Shown: positions 27,693 through 37,501, counted from the first letter of the stretch. The stretch: DNA of 64,000 bases from Candidatus Riflebacteria bacterium HGW-Riflebacteria-1 (GCA_002839445.1 PGYB01000011.1:13817-77816), one strand, 5' to 3'. Numbers and translations are program-made. The notes: a model not told the origin generated them from the sequence alone.

Positions 27693-30665
27693 ATGGGTAA
27701 TATAAACGAAAAAGCTTTGCGACTGCTGATTGCAGTCGTTTTTGCTGTTCTGGTCTTTTTACCTCTGACGCTTGTGTGTTCAGAACTGTCTGTCATAGCC
27801 GGCCAGAAATACCAGTATCAGGTAAAATTGCTTGAACATGAGCTCAAAGAGCAGTTTAACTCATTCAGAGAAAGTCTTATTCCTCGCCTCTATCTTCAGA
27901 ATATTCTTAAGGCCGGCGAAGCGCATATTGGTCTCACTTCTGAGACTCTGAAGCGCCCGGTTTTTGAACGTGGTATTGACCCGAAGCTTATTACTGCGGC
28001 AACCAGAAAGCAACTGCTTGATTTCTACAAAGACTATGCCGGTATCGAGCCTTTGCTGCTGGTTTCATTCAATGCTGACTTTGCCTCGCTCTGGTCCTGG
28101 TTCAGCCCGGATATGCATGCTTTAACAGCTCAAGCCAGAAATGAGCTTGAAAATGCACTGACCATTTACACCGCGAACCTGTCATCGTTCACCCCGGTTG
28201 TCAATAACGATCCCGATACATTTCATCGTTTCTATCGCATGTATCCAGCTGCCTACGCTCGTTTTGACAGCGGTCAGGGCGCTGGTAGTCTCAAGAAGAT
28301 TTTTCATCGTCTGTTTGCCGATTACTTTTCTGAAATGGCTTATAGCCCGCCGCATCATCAGGGCGTCTGCTTTGAGATAGTCACTGACATGTATGGCAGC
28401 CGGCGTATTTTTACCTATCATAGAGCGGTCAGCCGTCGTCATGAACAGATTTATGGCGGTTATTTTGTTGCCTTTGCCAGCAAACAGATAAGAGTAGCTG
28501 ATATGCTGGCAAATACTTTGCAACGGCAGCAGCCTGGGTTTGTTCGTCAGTTGCTGGCAAGCACTTCATTGCCGCTGAACCGGGTCGTGCATAATGCTGA
28601 TGAATTGCTTATGGCAACACATGTGCCAACCGAACTGGCCGGCTACAATTCGTTGGCGTCGCAGCCACTGCGACTGCCGGGCTATCTCTATGTTTCAGCG
28701 TCTTTACGTGACATCAAAACAGCTTTTCGGCAAAGCCTTCAGCAGCTGAGTTTTCTGCAAAGATTCGCCGCTCTCTCGGTGTTTTGTGGAGCCACTTACT
28801 TCGTTCTGTTTGGCTTTCCACTGCTTTTCAGACTGCGCGCGCGAATGCTCGCCGCTATTACTCTGGTAATGCTGCTGCCTTATGCAATTCTGGGTTTTTT
28901 CTGTTTTGGCCTGCTCGACAGCATCGAAAGCCTCGGCAAGCATGAACTAGAAAGCGAAGCCGGTGGCCTGATGTATCGACTGCACAATTATTTTGACGAC
29001 CAGAAACTGCAGTTCATAATGCATATTCTCAAGGCAAAATTGCGCATGATGAGAGTGGTTGATGCGCCGGCCGATGAAATAATGCGCCTGCCGGCTTCCG
29101 AAATTGTCAGTGACGAGAGTGAAACCAACCTGAGTTTTTTTCGTAATGATGGCGTTACCAGAACCTTTCGTGATCGTGGTTCACCCAATACCGAGGTCGG
29201 CAAACTCGACAACCTTCTGTCGGCAAAGTTTCTAGGTAACCTTGGCGAACTCGAATCAGCCAGTGCCGAAGTAAAAAAAATCCAGCAGCAGTCACAGCTT
29301 GCAGACGGTTTTTTTGAATCATTTCGTCACAACTATTATGAACACAGTATTCTCAGCAATGAGGGAGTCGAAGTCAGAGACATTCGCAAAGTGGATAACT
29401 TTTCGCGTATGATTTATTATCTCATTCCTTCACGCCGGTCAAAAGGCATATCGCGTGTGCGCGCTCTTGCCATGACCGGAACCAGCAGCACAGGGTACAT
29501 TCTGGTGCAGCCAAATGATTTTTCGCCGCAGATCTATTCTGAAACGACTGCGCTGGGTGAGCATGAATTTGCCCTTGCCCAGCGCCGCACCGATGACAGT
29601 GTTTTGCGCTGGTGGCCTGAATACATTAATCCTGATGCTGAGTTGCGCAATCTGCTTGACGTTGCTTCACTCAAGCGGCAAAGCGGGTTTCAGAAAAAGG
29701 CCGCCGCGAAGGGTTTTAAATTTAGCCAGTACCGCTATTTTCCAGACAAGCCGGCAGTTTTTGCCGGGACTTCCCGACATGTTACTGATCACCTGCTCCA
29801 GTTTACCATCAAGGTTTTTCCGGTATTGCTGTTGTTGATTGCAATCGTCAGTTTGTTGCTTTTTGCCGAAATTCTCGCCGCCCTCTTTGTAAGCCCGGTC
29901 AAAGGCTTTCATAAAGCTGCCCGGCTGGTCAGCGCCGGGAACTTCAGTGTGTCTGTAAAGCTCGAAAAAACCGATGAATTTTCGCTGCTCGCTGACTCAT
30001 TCAATCGCATGACTCTCGGGCTGCAGCAGCGCGAAAAGATGCGGCGTTTTGTTTCCGAAGATCTTTATGAGCAACTTGGCAAAAAGACGTTTACCGCAGC
30101 TCCAAGAGTTACGCAACTCACGCTGTTGGCCAGTGATATTCGCGGTTTTACCGCGCTCAGTGAGAAGCATGAACCGCAGCAGATTGTGGGTCTGCTCAAC
30201 GACTATTTCACTGAGATGGAAAGCGCAATCACCAGCAGTGGCGGTTTTATCGAGCGCCTGGTTGGTGATGCTGTTGTTGCGGTTTTTTACCCGTCGCCGG
30301 ATTGTAGCAGCGAAGAAATGGCAATGCAGGCGGCGGTTGGCATGCGCGCGCGGCTGGCTGAGCTTAACCGCGACCGGATTGCGCGCGGCCTGTTTCCCAT
30401 CGATAATGGCATTGGCATCGCTACCGGAACGGCTTTTTCAGGCATGGCCGGCGCCGCTTCCGGCCGTCGTATTTTTTCGGTAATCGGCGAGGTTGCGCGC
30501 CATGCCGAACAGATTGAGAGTGCCTCGCGCCATGTCGCATCACGCATTCTGTTGTGTCCGGCTACCGCAAAAAAACTTGCGCGGCTTTACCGACTCGAAG
30601 ACGCTGCCGCAAAATGCGGTATCAGTGCATATACAATCAGTGCAGCAGGAGGCGACGATGTCTGA
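27693..30665 (+). CDS. Membrane HAMP/class III cyclase, A-type subunit 3
   Basis: SDIRGFT, ERLVGDAV; FSVIGEVARHAEQI (no N/R). Confidence 0.9.
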   Translation: MGNINEKALRLLIAVVFAVLVFLPLTLVCSELSVIAGQKYQYQVKLLEHELKEQFNSFRESLIPRLYLQNILKAGEAHIGLTSETLKRPVFERGIDPKLITAATRKQLLDFYKDYAGIEPLLLVSFNADFASLWSWFSPDMHALTAQARNELENALTIYTANLSSFTPVVNNDPDTFHRFYRMYPAAYARFDSGQGAGSLKKIFHRLFADYFSEMAYSPPHHQGVCFEIVTDMYGSRRIFTYHRAVSRRHEQIYGGYFVAFASKQIRVADMLANTLQRQQPGFVRQLLASTSLPLNRVVHNADELLMATHVPTELAGYNSLASQPLRLPGYLYVSASLRDIKTAFRQSLQQLSFLQRFAALSVFCGATYFVLFGFPLLFRLRARMLAAITLVMLLPYAILGFFCFGLLDSIESLGKHELESEAGGLMYRLHNYFDDQKLQFIMHILKAKLRMMRVVDAPADEIMRLPASEIVSDESETNLSFFRNDGVTRTFRDRGSPNTEVGKLDNLLSAKFLGNLGELESASAEVKKIQQQSQLADGFFESFRHNYYEHSILSNEGVEVRDIRKVDNFSRMIYYLIPSRRSKGISRVRALAMTGTSSTGYILVQPNDFSPQIYSETTALGEHEFALAQRRTDDSVLRWWPEYINPDAELRNLLDVASLKRQSGFQKKAAAKGFKFSQYRYFPDKPAVFAGTSRHVTDHLLQFTIKVFPVLLLLIAIVSLLLFAEILAALFVSPVKGFHKAARLVSAGNFSVSVKLEKTDEFSLLADSFNRMTLGLQQREKMRRFVSEDLYEQLGKKTFTAAPRVTQLTLLASDIRGFTALSEKHEPQQIVGLLNDYFTEMESAITSSGGFIERLVGDAVVAVFYPSPDCSSEEMAMQAAVGMRARLAELNRDRIARGLFPIDNGIGIATGTAFSGMAGAASGRRIFSVIGEVARHAEQIESASRHVASRILLCPATAKKLARLYRLEDAAAKCGISAYTISAAGGDDV

Positions 30666-33555
30666 ACAGATCATCAGAATCAAACGCCGTATAAATGGCC
30701 TGACACTGTTGCTGGTCTGGGTTATGGTGTTTGCGTTGCCGGCTTTTCTCGTTCTGCTGAGTTTGCACTACCTGTTTGATCTGGCCAGAGTCGCCAGGCA
30801 GCGCGCTATCGCCGGCGCAATGACGAGTGAAATGGAAGTTTTCCGCCAGGATCTCGTTGTTTCCAGCTTCATTCAAAACAGTATGGATAAGTATTTTGCC
30901 GGCCTGTCTGATCTGCCAGACTACCGCGACCCGGCAGCAGTTCTGGCGGGCCTGGCATCGGCAACCGGAATTCAACCAGCCGGCATTATCTGCCATGACG
31001 CCGATACCGCTGATTTTGCCCATCACTTTACCCCCTTTCTTGCCCAACAAATTAAGTCTTTGCCGCGTAACCTGATGCGGCGCTATCTGGTGAATCTGAA
31101 TCAGCAGCTGGACTGTAAATTTTACAGCCAGCAGGTCGAAACAGCTACCCGCGCAATGTTTCGCTTTGCCGATGCCGAAAGGGCCGGCAAAGATCTCGAC
31201 CAGTTTTTCCGCCGGGTCTTTACTCTGATCACTGAGATTCCGCTGATTCCACAACGTGTTTCTAAATCGATTTCTTCACAGCTCGGTGGTGTTGTTTACT
31301 TTTATTATCAGCCTTTTATTGTCGATGAAGCCGCTGCCAGGTTTATCAAAGGTGGCTGTCTGCTGATTTTTCGCGGCGCTGAAATTCCCTGGAAAAATGC
31401 TGCGCTGGCGGCGGCGCGGCGTGCTTCGCCCGGACTTCTACGCAGCTTTGTCGGACAGGCAAACTCGTTGTGGAACAGCGATAAGAATAATCCCGAAATC
31501 GTCACCAGGTTTTATGAAGACAGCGCTGGCTATCACCTGATATCAACCTTTTCACAGACCAGTCTGGTCGATATAACACAGGGTGGCACTTTGTTGCCGG
31601 TCAATCTGCGTTCTGTTGCTGAAAAAATGCCATTACTGAAAGTCTCGGTAGCATGGCCGCAGCTGCAGCATCCCCTATTGCCATGGTTGTCACACATCAC
31701 TTTCATTTGTCGACTTTACGTTCTTTTTGGCGCTTTTTTCCTTCTGCGTTTTTTCTTTTTTGGTATCGAATTCAGAGCTGGTATTACCAGCAAGGTTGTT
31801 GTTGGCACGGGCTTTGTTCTGCTGCTGCCAGTTCTGTTGCTGTTGGCCGGTTTTGTTACCTGGCACCAGTTTCATCGTATTTACGGCTGGTACATTGCGG
31901 AGGCAAGGCAGAAAGATGCTTATGTCGATTTCAGTGAAGGCTTTTCCGGTTATCAGACAACATTGCAGAAGAGTATTTTCGATCTATCGCAGACTGTCGA
32001 CAAATTGCTCAGAACCGATCGTTTGCGCAATATCGAAAGCCTGTTCCAAAAGTGGCTCAAAGATTCGATTGCCTCTGATCTGATTCTCGATTTGCCAGAC
32101 CGCCAGAGGATAAAGGTGCTTTCGGCTAAGCATCGTGTTTTAGAGGGACCGCAGGAAGATGCTAACCGTCGCATAACCGGTTTTGCCATTATCAACGCGT
32201 TTGACGAGAACGGTCGTTTTAACGATGTGTTTACCGAAGATCAAAAGCGCGACGCTATTGCTATTGATTCGCAATTTGTCAGCGAAGTGATTAATCGCTG
32301 GGGTCGTCTTTATCAGAATCTGCGCTTTCACCAGGGCAGCCGCTTTTCGACAGTTTATCTGCACGCGCCTGATCAGAATCGGCCAAGCGCTTTGCTTAAC
32401 ATGAAGGTTGGCAATGAAGACATGCTGCGCGATTACGTTCAGCGCCATTTTGTTACAGTACCTGATGTGCAGACGGACTTTTATCTGTTGCGCGACGAAG
32501 ATGGTATACGGCGCTATTACTCTCTGTTTGACCAGCGAGAAGTCAGTGAACCTGAGCTGCTCGCCAGCTTCAATCTGGCCGTGACTTCTGGTCAGCACAG
32601 CCGGCGAATCGCCAACAGGGATCTTGTGCAGATTTTTGCGATGAGTGATTACCCGCTTTTGCTGGTTATGCGCAGCAATAACGTAACCGGCCATTATGGC
32701 AGTCTTAATTTTATCGTTCTGCTGTTGGCTTACGCAGTGCTGCTGCTGTTATTCGTTTTTCTGGTGTTTATGCTCATTTACCTGCGCCCGATCCGAGAAT
32801 TCATCAGGGTGACAGAAGCGGTGGCGGCCGGCGATTATCAGCAGCAGGTCGAACTCTCGCAGGCCGACGAATTCGGCGATCTCAAAACCACTTTCGATAC
32901 CATGATTCATGGCCTCGAACAGCGGCGCCGCCTCGCGCATTTTGTTTCGAGCGAAGTAATCAAGGCAGTCGAGTCAGACTCTGAAGAAAGCATGGCTGTT
33001 GGCGGCGAACGTATCGATGCGACAATTGCTTTTGTACAGCTCGAAAAGCTGCAGCACCTTCAGGCAGATGCAACTGCTGAGCAGGTTTTCGATATACTCA
33101 GCGACTTTATTGCCGCGGCTGATCTCTCAGCCGGCCAGCATGGCGGTGTTGTCGACAAGCTTGTCGAAGATACGCTTATGCTGGTGTTCAGGGGCAACAG
33201 CGAGCGCCCCGATCACGCGGCCGCCGCCTGCGCTGCCGTGCTGGATCTCGAACTAAAAATGCGTGCGCCAGGCTTGCGTATCTGCGCCGGCATTGCCAGC
33301 GGCCCGGTCGTTTCCGGCCGTATCGGCTCGCGTCTCGGCAAACTCGACTTTACCGTCATCGGCGATACCGTTAACCTCGCCGCCCGCCTCAAGGCCCAGG
33401 CCAAAAAAGCCGCCAGCACCGGCATAATAATCTCACCCGGCGCGATTCGCATTTTAAAAGGCCGTGCCCGCGTCAGCTTTATCGAACGCGTCGAAATCAA
33501 AGGCAAAAGCCGCGAATACCCGCTTTATGAGCTTCTCTCCCTGCGCCACACTTGA
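30658..33555 (+). CDS. Membrane HAMP/class III cyclase, B-type subunit 3
   Basis: ATGTCTGA overlap with AGGAGG SD; DKLVED, DFTVIGDTVNLAARL, KGK. Confidence 0.9.
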   Translation: MSEQIIRIKRRINGLTLLLVWVMVFALPAFLVLLSLHYLFDLARVARQRAIAGAMTSEMEVFRQDLVVSSFIQNSMDKYFAGLSDLPDYRDPAAVLAGLASATGIQPAGIICHDADTADFAHHFTPFLAQQIKSLPRNLMRRYLVNLNQQLDCKFYSQQVETATRAMFRFADAERAGKDLDQFFRRVFTLITEIPLIPQRVSKSISSQLGGVVYFYYQPFIVDEAAARFIKGGCLLIFRGAEIPWKNAALAAARRASPGLLRSFVGQANSLWNSDKNNPEIVTRFYEDSAGYHLISTFSQTSLVDITQGGTLLPVNLRSVAEKMPLLKVSVAWPQLQHPLLPWLSHITFICRLYVLFGAFFLLRFFFFGIEFRAGITSKVVVGTGFVLLLPVLLLLAGFVTWHQFHRIYGWYIAEARQKDAYVDFSEGFSGYQTTLQKSIFDLSQTVDKLLRTDRLRNIESLFQKWLKDSIASDLILDLPDRQRIKVLSAKHRVLEGPQEDANRRITGFAIINAFDENGRFNDVFTEDQKRDAIAIDSQFVSEVINRWGRLYQNLRFHQGSRFSTVYLHAPDQNRPSALLNMKVGNEDMLRDYVQRHFVTVPDVQTDFYLLRDEDGIRRYYSLFDQREVSEPELLASFNLAVTSGQHSRRIANRDLVQIFAMSDYPLLLVMRSNNVTGHYGSLNFIVLLLAYAVLLLLFVFLVFMLIYLRPIREFIRVTEAVAAGDYQQQVELSQADEFGDLKTTFDTMIHGLEQRRRLAHFVSSEVIKAVESDSEESMAVGGERIDATIAFVQLEKLQHLQADATAEQVFDILSDFIAAADLSAGQHGGVVDKLVEDTLMLVFRGNSERPDHAAAACAAVLDLELKMRAPGLRICAGIASGPVVSGRIGSRLGKLDFTVIGDTVNLAARLKAQAKKAASTGIIISPGAIRILKGRARVSFIERVEIKGKSREYPLYELLSLRHT

Positions 33556-33621
33556 TCGGCCTGCTGATTCAAACAATTGCACTGGCAATCACGACAACAA
33601 CACCTTAATGGTAAAAACTGA

Positions 33622-33650
33622 TTGCGTTGCAATCAATGATTGCATATAAT
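33622..33650 (+). promoter_or_regulatory. TA promoter with operator palindrome in the spacer
   Basis: TTGCGT-17-TATAAT; the spacer is TGCAATCA-A-TGATTGCA. Confidence 0.8.
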
Positions 33651-33685
33651 TATGTTGTGGCTGATGCAATTTAAAGGAGACAGGT

Positions 33686-33943
33686 ATGGCGAGCATAACT
33701 ATTCGCAATATCGATGAAGAACTTAAAAGTCTGCTGCGGCTCAGCGCCGCGACCAGAAATGTTTCCATGGAAGAAGAAGCCCGCCAGATCTTACGCCGCT
33801 TTTTGTTGCGTAAAAAGAGCAGTGAAGGAATTGGCTCGCGCATTGCCAGCCGTTTTGCGCAAATTGGCGGCATCGACCTGCCGCCAGTCGTCAGGTCAGT
33901 TCCCCGCTCCGGTGGCTTTGAACCGGAGGATGGGCAGCCTTGA
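33686..33943 (+). CDS. FitA-like ribbon-helix-helix antitoxin
   Basis: MASITIRNIDEELKSLLRLSAA...SMEEEARQIL. Confidence 0.9.
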   Translation: MASITIRNIDEELKSLLRLSAATRNVSMEEEARQILRRFLLRKKSSEGIGSRIASRFAQIGGIDLPPVVRSVPRSGGFEPEDGQP

Positions 33944-34359
33944 TACTGCTTGACACCAACGTGATTTCTGAAATGATGCGCCCTGCGCCAGAACCGGGTG
34001 TCGTCGCCTGGCTCAATGCTTATGACGAACTCGATGTCTGGATCAGCTCCATAACAGTCGCCGAAATTTTCCTTGGCATCGCCCTTCTGCCTGCAGGAAA
34101 GCGCAAATCCAGTCTGATTGAGATTACTGACCAGATGTTTTTGCAGGACTTCCATGAACGCTGTCTGCCTTTCGATCAGTCTGCTGCTGCGAAGTATGCT
34201 GCAATAGTTGCCGAAAGAAAACGAAATGGCAGCCCGATAAGCGTTGAAGATGCTCAGATCGCAGCTATTGCCATCGCGGGTGGCCTTACTCTCGCCACCA
34301 GAAACATAAAGGATTTTGCCGGCATTCAGGGTCTGAAGACAATAAACCCCTGGACCTGA
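33940..34359 (+). CDS. vapC: PIN-domain (FitB/VapC) toxin
   Basis: ILLDTNVISE, DAQIAAIA, ATRNIKDF, INPW. Confidence 0.93.
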   Translation: MILLDTNVISEMMRPAPEPGVVAWLNAYDELDVWISSITVAEIFLGIALLPAGKRKSSLIEITDQMFLQDFHERCLPFDQSAAAKYAAIVAERKRNGSPISVEDAQIAAIAIAGGLTLATRNIKDFAGIQGLKTINPWT

Positions 34360-34380
34360 CTATAATCCTGTGTCACCGTC

Positions 34381-34452
34381 CCCGGCAGCCTTTCATCAGA
34401 CGATCTGATCAAAATCGAAAAGGCCATCAGAACCCAGCTGGCAACGAGCTGA
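34381..34452 (+). pseudogene. Possible C-terminal remnant of a MazF/PemK-like toxin
   Basis: Reads GSLSSDDLIKIEKAIRTQL, like the MazF C-terminal helix; no start codon. Confidence 0.35.
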
Positions 34453-34457
34453 TATCA

Positions 34458-34557
34458 TCACCCATACTTCGCCGCTGCTGGCGATTTTACCCGCCGCACC
34501 TTCGGCAGGGCTGGAAAAACCCGGCGGCAGTAGACGCTTAAACCCGCAAACTGCGCG
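34458..34557 (-). pseudogene. Uma2 (DUF820) 3' remnant
   Basis: AQFAGLSVYCRRVFPALPKVRRVKSPAAAKYG*, near-identical to the ends of the two other Uma2 copies. Confidence 0.8.
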
Positions 34558-34570
34558 TTCGCTTGTCGGC

Positions 34571-34933
34571 TTACTGTCGCTTTTTCTTTTGTGGTTTCTT
34601 TGCCTGTTCTTCTCGCGCCTGCGTTATTAGATCTTTAACAAGACCTGCCCGCTTCTGTGCCTGCTTGTAAAAGTTCTCATGCGGCCCGACCATAAAAACA
34701 GTCACATTGGAATCTTTGATTATATAGACATAAACAGCTCGATACTGGCCACTGCCCTTTAATGAAAACTCAAGCGATCGAGCGCCTTGCAAGCTACCGG
34801 ACAAAGGATGCCCTTTTTCGGGGTTGTTTCTTAATATCTTCAAATGCTCAATTACTTCGCTGGAAATCTTCCATAAGGCTTTCAAATCTCTCTCTGCCAA
34901 TTTGGTTAATTCAACAACGACTTCAGAGTTCAT
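34571..34933 (-). CDS. RelE/ParE-family toxin
   Basis: VELTKLAERDLKAL, NPEKGHPLSGSL, QYRAVY, VGPHENFY. Confidence 0.85.
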   Translation of the reverse strand: MNSEVVVELTKLAERDLKALWKISSEVIEHLKILRNNPEKGHPLSGSLQGARSLEFSLKGSGQYRAVYVYIIKDSNVTVFMVGPHENFYKQAQKRAGLVKDLITQAREEQAKKPQKKKRQ

Positions 34934-35190
34934 TTCTTGCTTCTTTTGCTTCTTTTCATCTTCTGTTCGAATTCTTCAAGGGTAACCGTATTACCGGCCT
35001 TGCTTTCTTGTATAGCGTGTCTGGCAAGTATATCAAAAGGATTTTCAGCTTTTGCCAGTCTTAAAACATCATTGTTGTCAGCCTCAATGAAGAAAATGTC
35101 GCCGGCTTCAATATGCAACATCGCCCTGAGATCTTGCGGCAGTGAAAGTCTGCCCTTGTTGTCAACCTTGGCAGTCATGGTTCCCTTCAT
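34930..35190 (-). CDS. AbrB/MazE/SpoVT-family antitoxin
   Basis: KVDNKGRLSLPQDLRAMLHIEAGD; ATGA overlap with the toxin; AGGAGG SD. Confidence 0.88.
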   Translation of the reverse strand: MKGTMTAKVDNKGRLSLPQDLRAMLHIEAGDIFFIEADNNDVLRLAKAENPFDILARHAIQESKAGNTVTLEEFEQKMKRSKRSKK

Positions 35191-35297
35191 TTACACACCT
35201 CCTTAGTGGGATATTCCTACTACAATAGTAATCAATTATCAGGAATAATGCAATGTTTTCATTGTGCTGACCGCTTTTCAGCCCCTTTCAGAAAGCA

Positions 35298-35842
35298 TTA
35301 CCCATACTTCGGCGGTGGCAGTGATTTTACCCGCTTAACTTTTGGCAGGGGTGGAAAAACCAGGCGACAGTCGACGCTTAAACCCGCAAACTGCCCGCAA
35401 TCTATCTGGGCGCTGCTGTCATAAACATCTTCGCGCCCGTAAAGTCCGTCTTTGCCGAGCTTGTAAACCCTGACCAGCCGGTCGACCGGGTGCACCAGCC
35501 AGAACTCTTTAACGCCGTGCCGACGATGCCACGCTCCTCAATCTTTTTGGGGTCGCAGACCACCATGATATCAGGCTGCACCACAGTAGAAATTTCGTCG
35601 TTTCTTATTGCTTCATCTGATAAAATTACGTCGAAAGGCGCGCATACTACTTTGCATGATTTGTCTTCGAAAAAATTGGCAAACTGTCTGCCCAGTTCCA
35701 TCGATATAATTTGATGTGTAAAACTCGGCGAAGTCATATCGAACACTTCGCCATCGATTATCTCGTAGCGCCTGTCGTCATCCCAGCTCAGATAATCGGC
35801 ATAAGAATAACCCTGCTTTTTCTTTTTAACAGCTCCAGCCAT
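35298..35842 (-). pseudogene. Uma2 (DUF820) endonuclease with internal deletion/frameshift
   Basis: YSYADY..RYEIIDG..VVQPDIMVVCD..GIVG jumps out of frame to GVKEFWLVHP; the APDLVVEILSPST-type segment is missing. Confidence 0.85.
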
Positions 35843-35950
35843 TATGTCCTCCAAATTGCCCGGAAAATTTTCACTAATAGCAATCCCATGTCAAACTTAA
35901 ATATGTCATCTTCCGCGATACCTGGATAAGAAAAGACATGATGACTCCGT

Positions 35951-36768
35951 TTACTTTTTTTGCGAATTGAGTCGTTTTTTTGGATCAGGTAGAGGCAAAT
36001 AGCTTTCGTTAGAGACAACCTTTTTGCCAGTTTTCTCTTCGAGTTCGAGTCTGGCTTTTTTAGCGATTCTGCCGCCTTTGACTCCAGCTTCTTTATTTTC
36101 TTTCATCCCGGTTGCATCAATACTTTCAGCGATATGCCGGGTTGAAAGCTCTGCCAGAGCGGTAAAAATCAGCTCTGCCTCAGTCATGTGATCACGCAGA
36201 TTCTGGTTTTTAAGACCCTTGATTTTTTTATGCTGCTTAACCGACACATCGCTCCATTCCTTATCATCTCAATCTGGTGGTTTTTCCAATAATCGGTCAG
36301 TTTATTACGGCTTTCCTGACCCATCATTCGCTGCTGAATCCACTTTTCACTTCTGCCTTGCTTTTGCCAGTAATCTCTGGCCCGATCCAGTGAGCGTGCC
36401 GGGTCACCTATGTCCTGAAGTCTTTCATAACCGACTTTAGCTAGCCAAAGCTTGATTGGCTCAGCTTTTGGACTCGGAACAGACTGAATAAGTCTCAATA
36501 GTGTTTCAGGATCTGCGACATCGGTAAGGTATTTTTTCCCGTCTGCAGCCATCAGCTTCAGTCGGTTACATTTTGTAACCGACTGGCTGCCCTCCTTATT
36601 CAAGCGGTTCTTCAAAACTTTCCAGTAGTTTCTCGCCGCCTGGTAGTCAGGTTGATCTATTAAAACCTGTATAATATCTACAACAGAAAAAAACCACGTT
36701 TCGGTTGTCTCATCATAATGACGCCGAATTTTAAAATTTTCAAAAACCGCCAAAGCATTATCGGTCAT
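35951..36768 (-). pseudogene. Bro-N domain (antirepressor-like) protein with internal deletion/frameshift near 36262
   Basis: WFFSVVD, LIQSVPSPKAEP in one frame; KEWSD..GLKNQNLRDHMT..GGRIA in another. Confidence 0.85.
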
Positions 36769-37020
36769 CTTGTTTCCTCATCATCGCGCAAATTTGCTCA
36801 GACTCTTGCACCCAAAGATAACAGCCATAGTACAATGCACTTCTTACTTTACCAGATCGAATGACAAAATTCAGTTCCAAATGCAAATCTGGAAAATATA
36901 GATCTAACCAGTATCAACCGTTGTTGTTAAACGTTTATTTATGAGGCCATACTTGACCTGATTAATTATCTGAGGCTGCAAACTGAAGCGAGAAGTTCTT
37001 GACGCAACAATCGCTCTGAC

Positions 37021-37501
37021 CTAAGAATATTCAGCTGGTGGCGGTGATTTCACCCGCCGCACCTTCGGCAGGGGTGGAAAAACCCGGCGGCAGTCGACGC
37101 TAAAACCGGCAAACTGCGCGCTTGCTATCTGGGCGCTGCTGCCATAAACATCTTCGCGCCCGTAAAGTCCGTCTTTGCCGAGCTTGTAAACCCTGACCAG
37201 CCGGTCGACCGGGTGCACCAGCCAGAACTCTTTAACGCCGTACAGTAGCTATTTCTTCGTTTCTTATTGCTTCATCTGATAAAATTACGTCGAAAGGCGC
37301 GCATATAACCTCGCAAGGCTTCCCATCAAAAAAGATGGCCAGCTGCGTTGCCAGCTCAAGGCTGATTTTCTGATGTGTAAAACTCGGCGAAGTCATATCG
37401 AACACTTCGCCATCAATTATCTCGTAGCGCTTGTCGTCATCCCAGCTTAAATAATCGGCATAAGAATACCGCTTCTGCTTTCGCTTGACCGCTCCCGCCA
37501 T
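37021..37501 (-). pseudogene. Second Uma2 (DUF820) copy with a larger internal deletion
   Basis: ...EEIATV jumps out of frame to GVKEFWLVHP. Confidence 0.85.

Noticed and set aside
33589..34155. 188-aa antisense ORF and many other shadow ORFs
   Set aside because: They overlap well-supported genes on the other strand or frame and have no motifs
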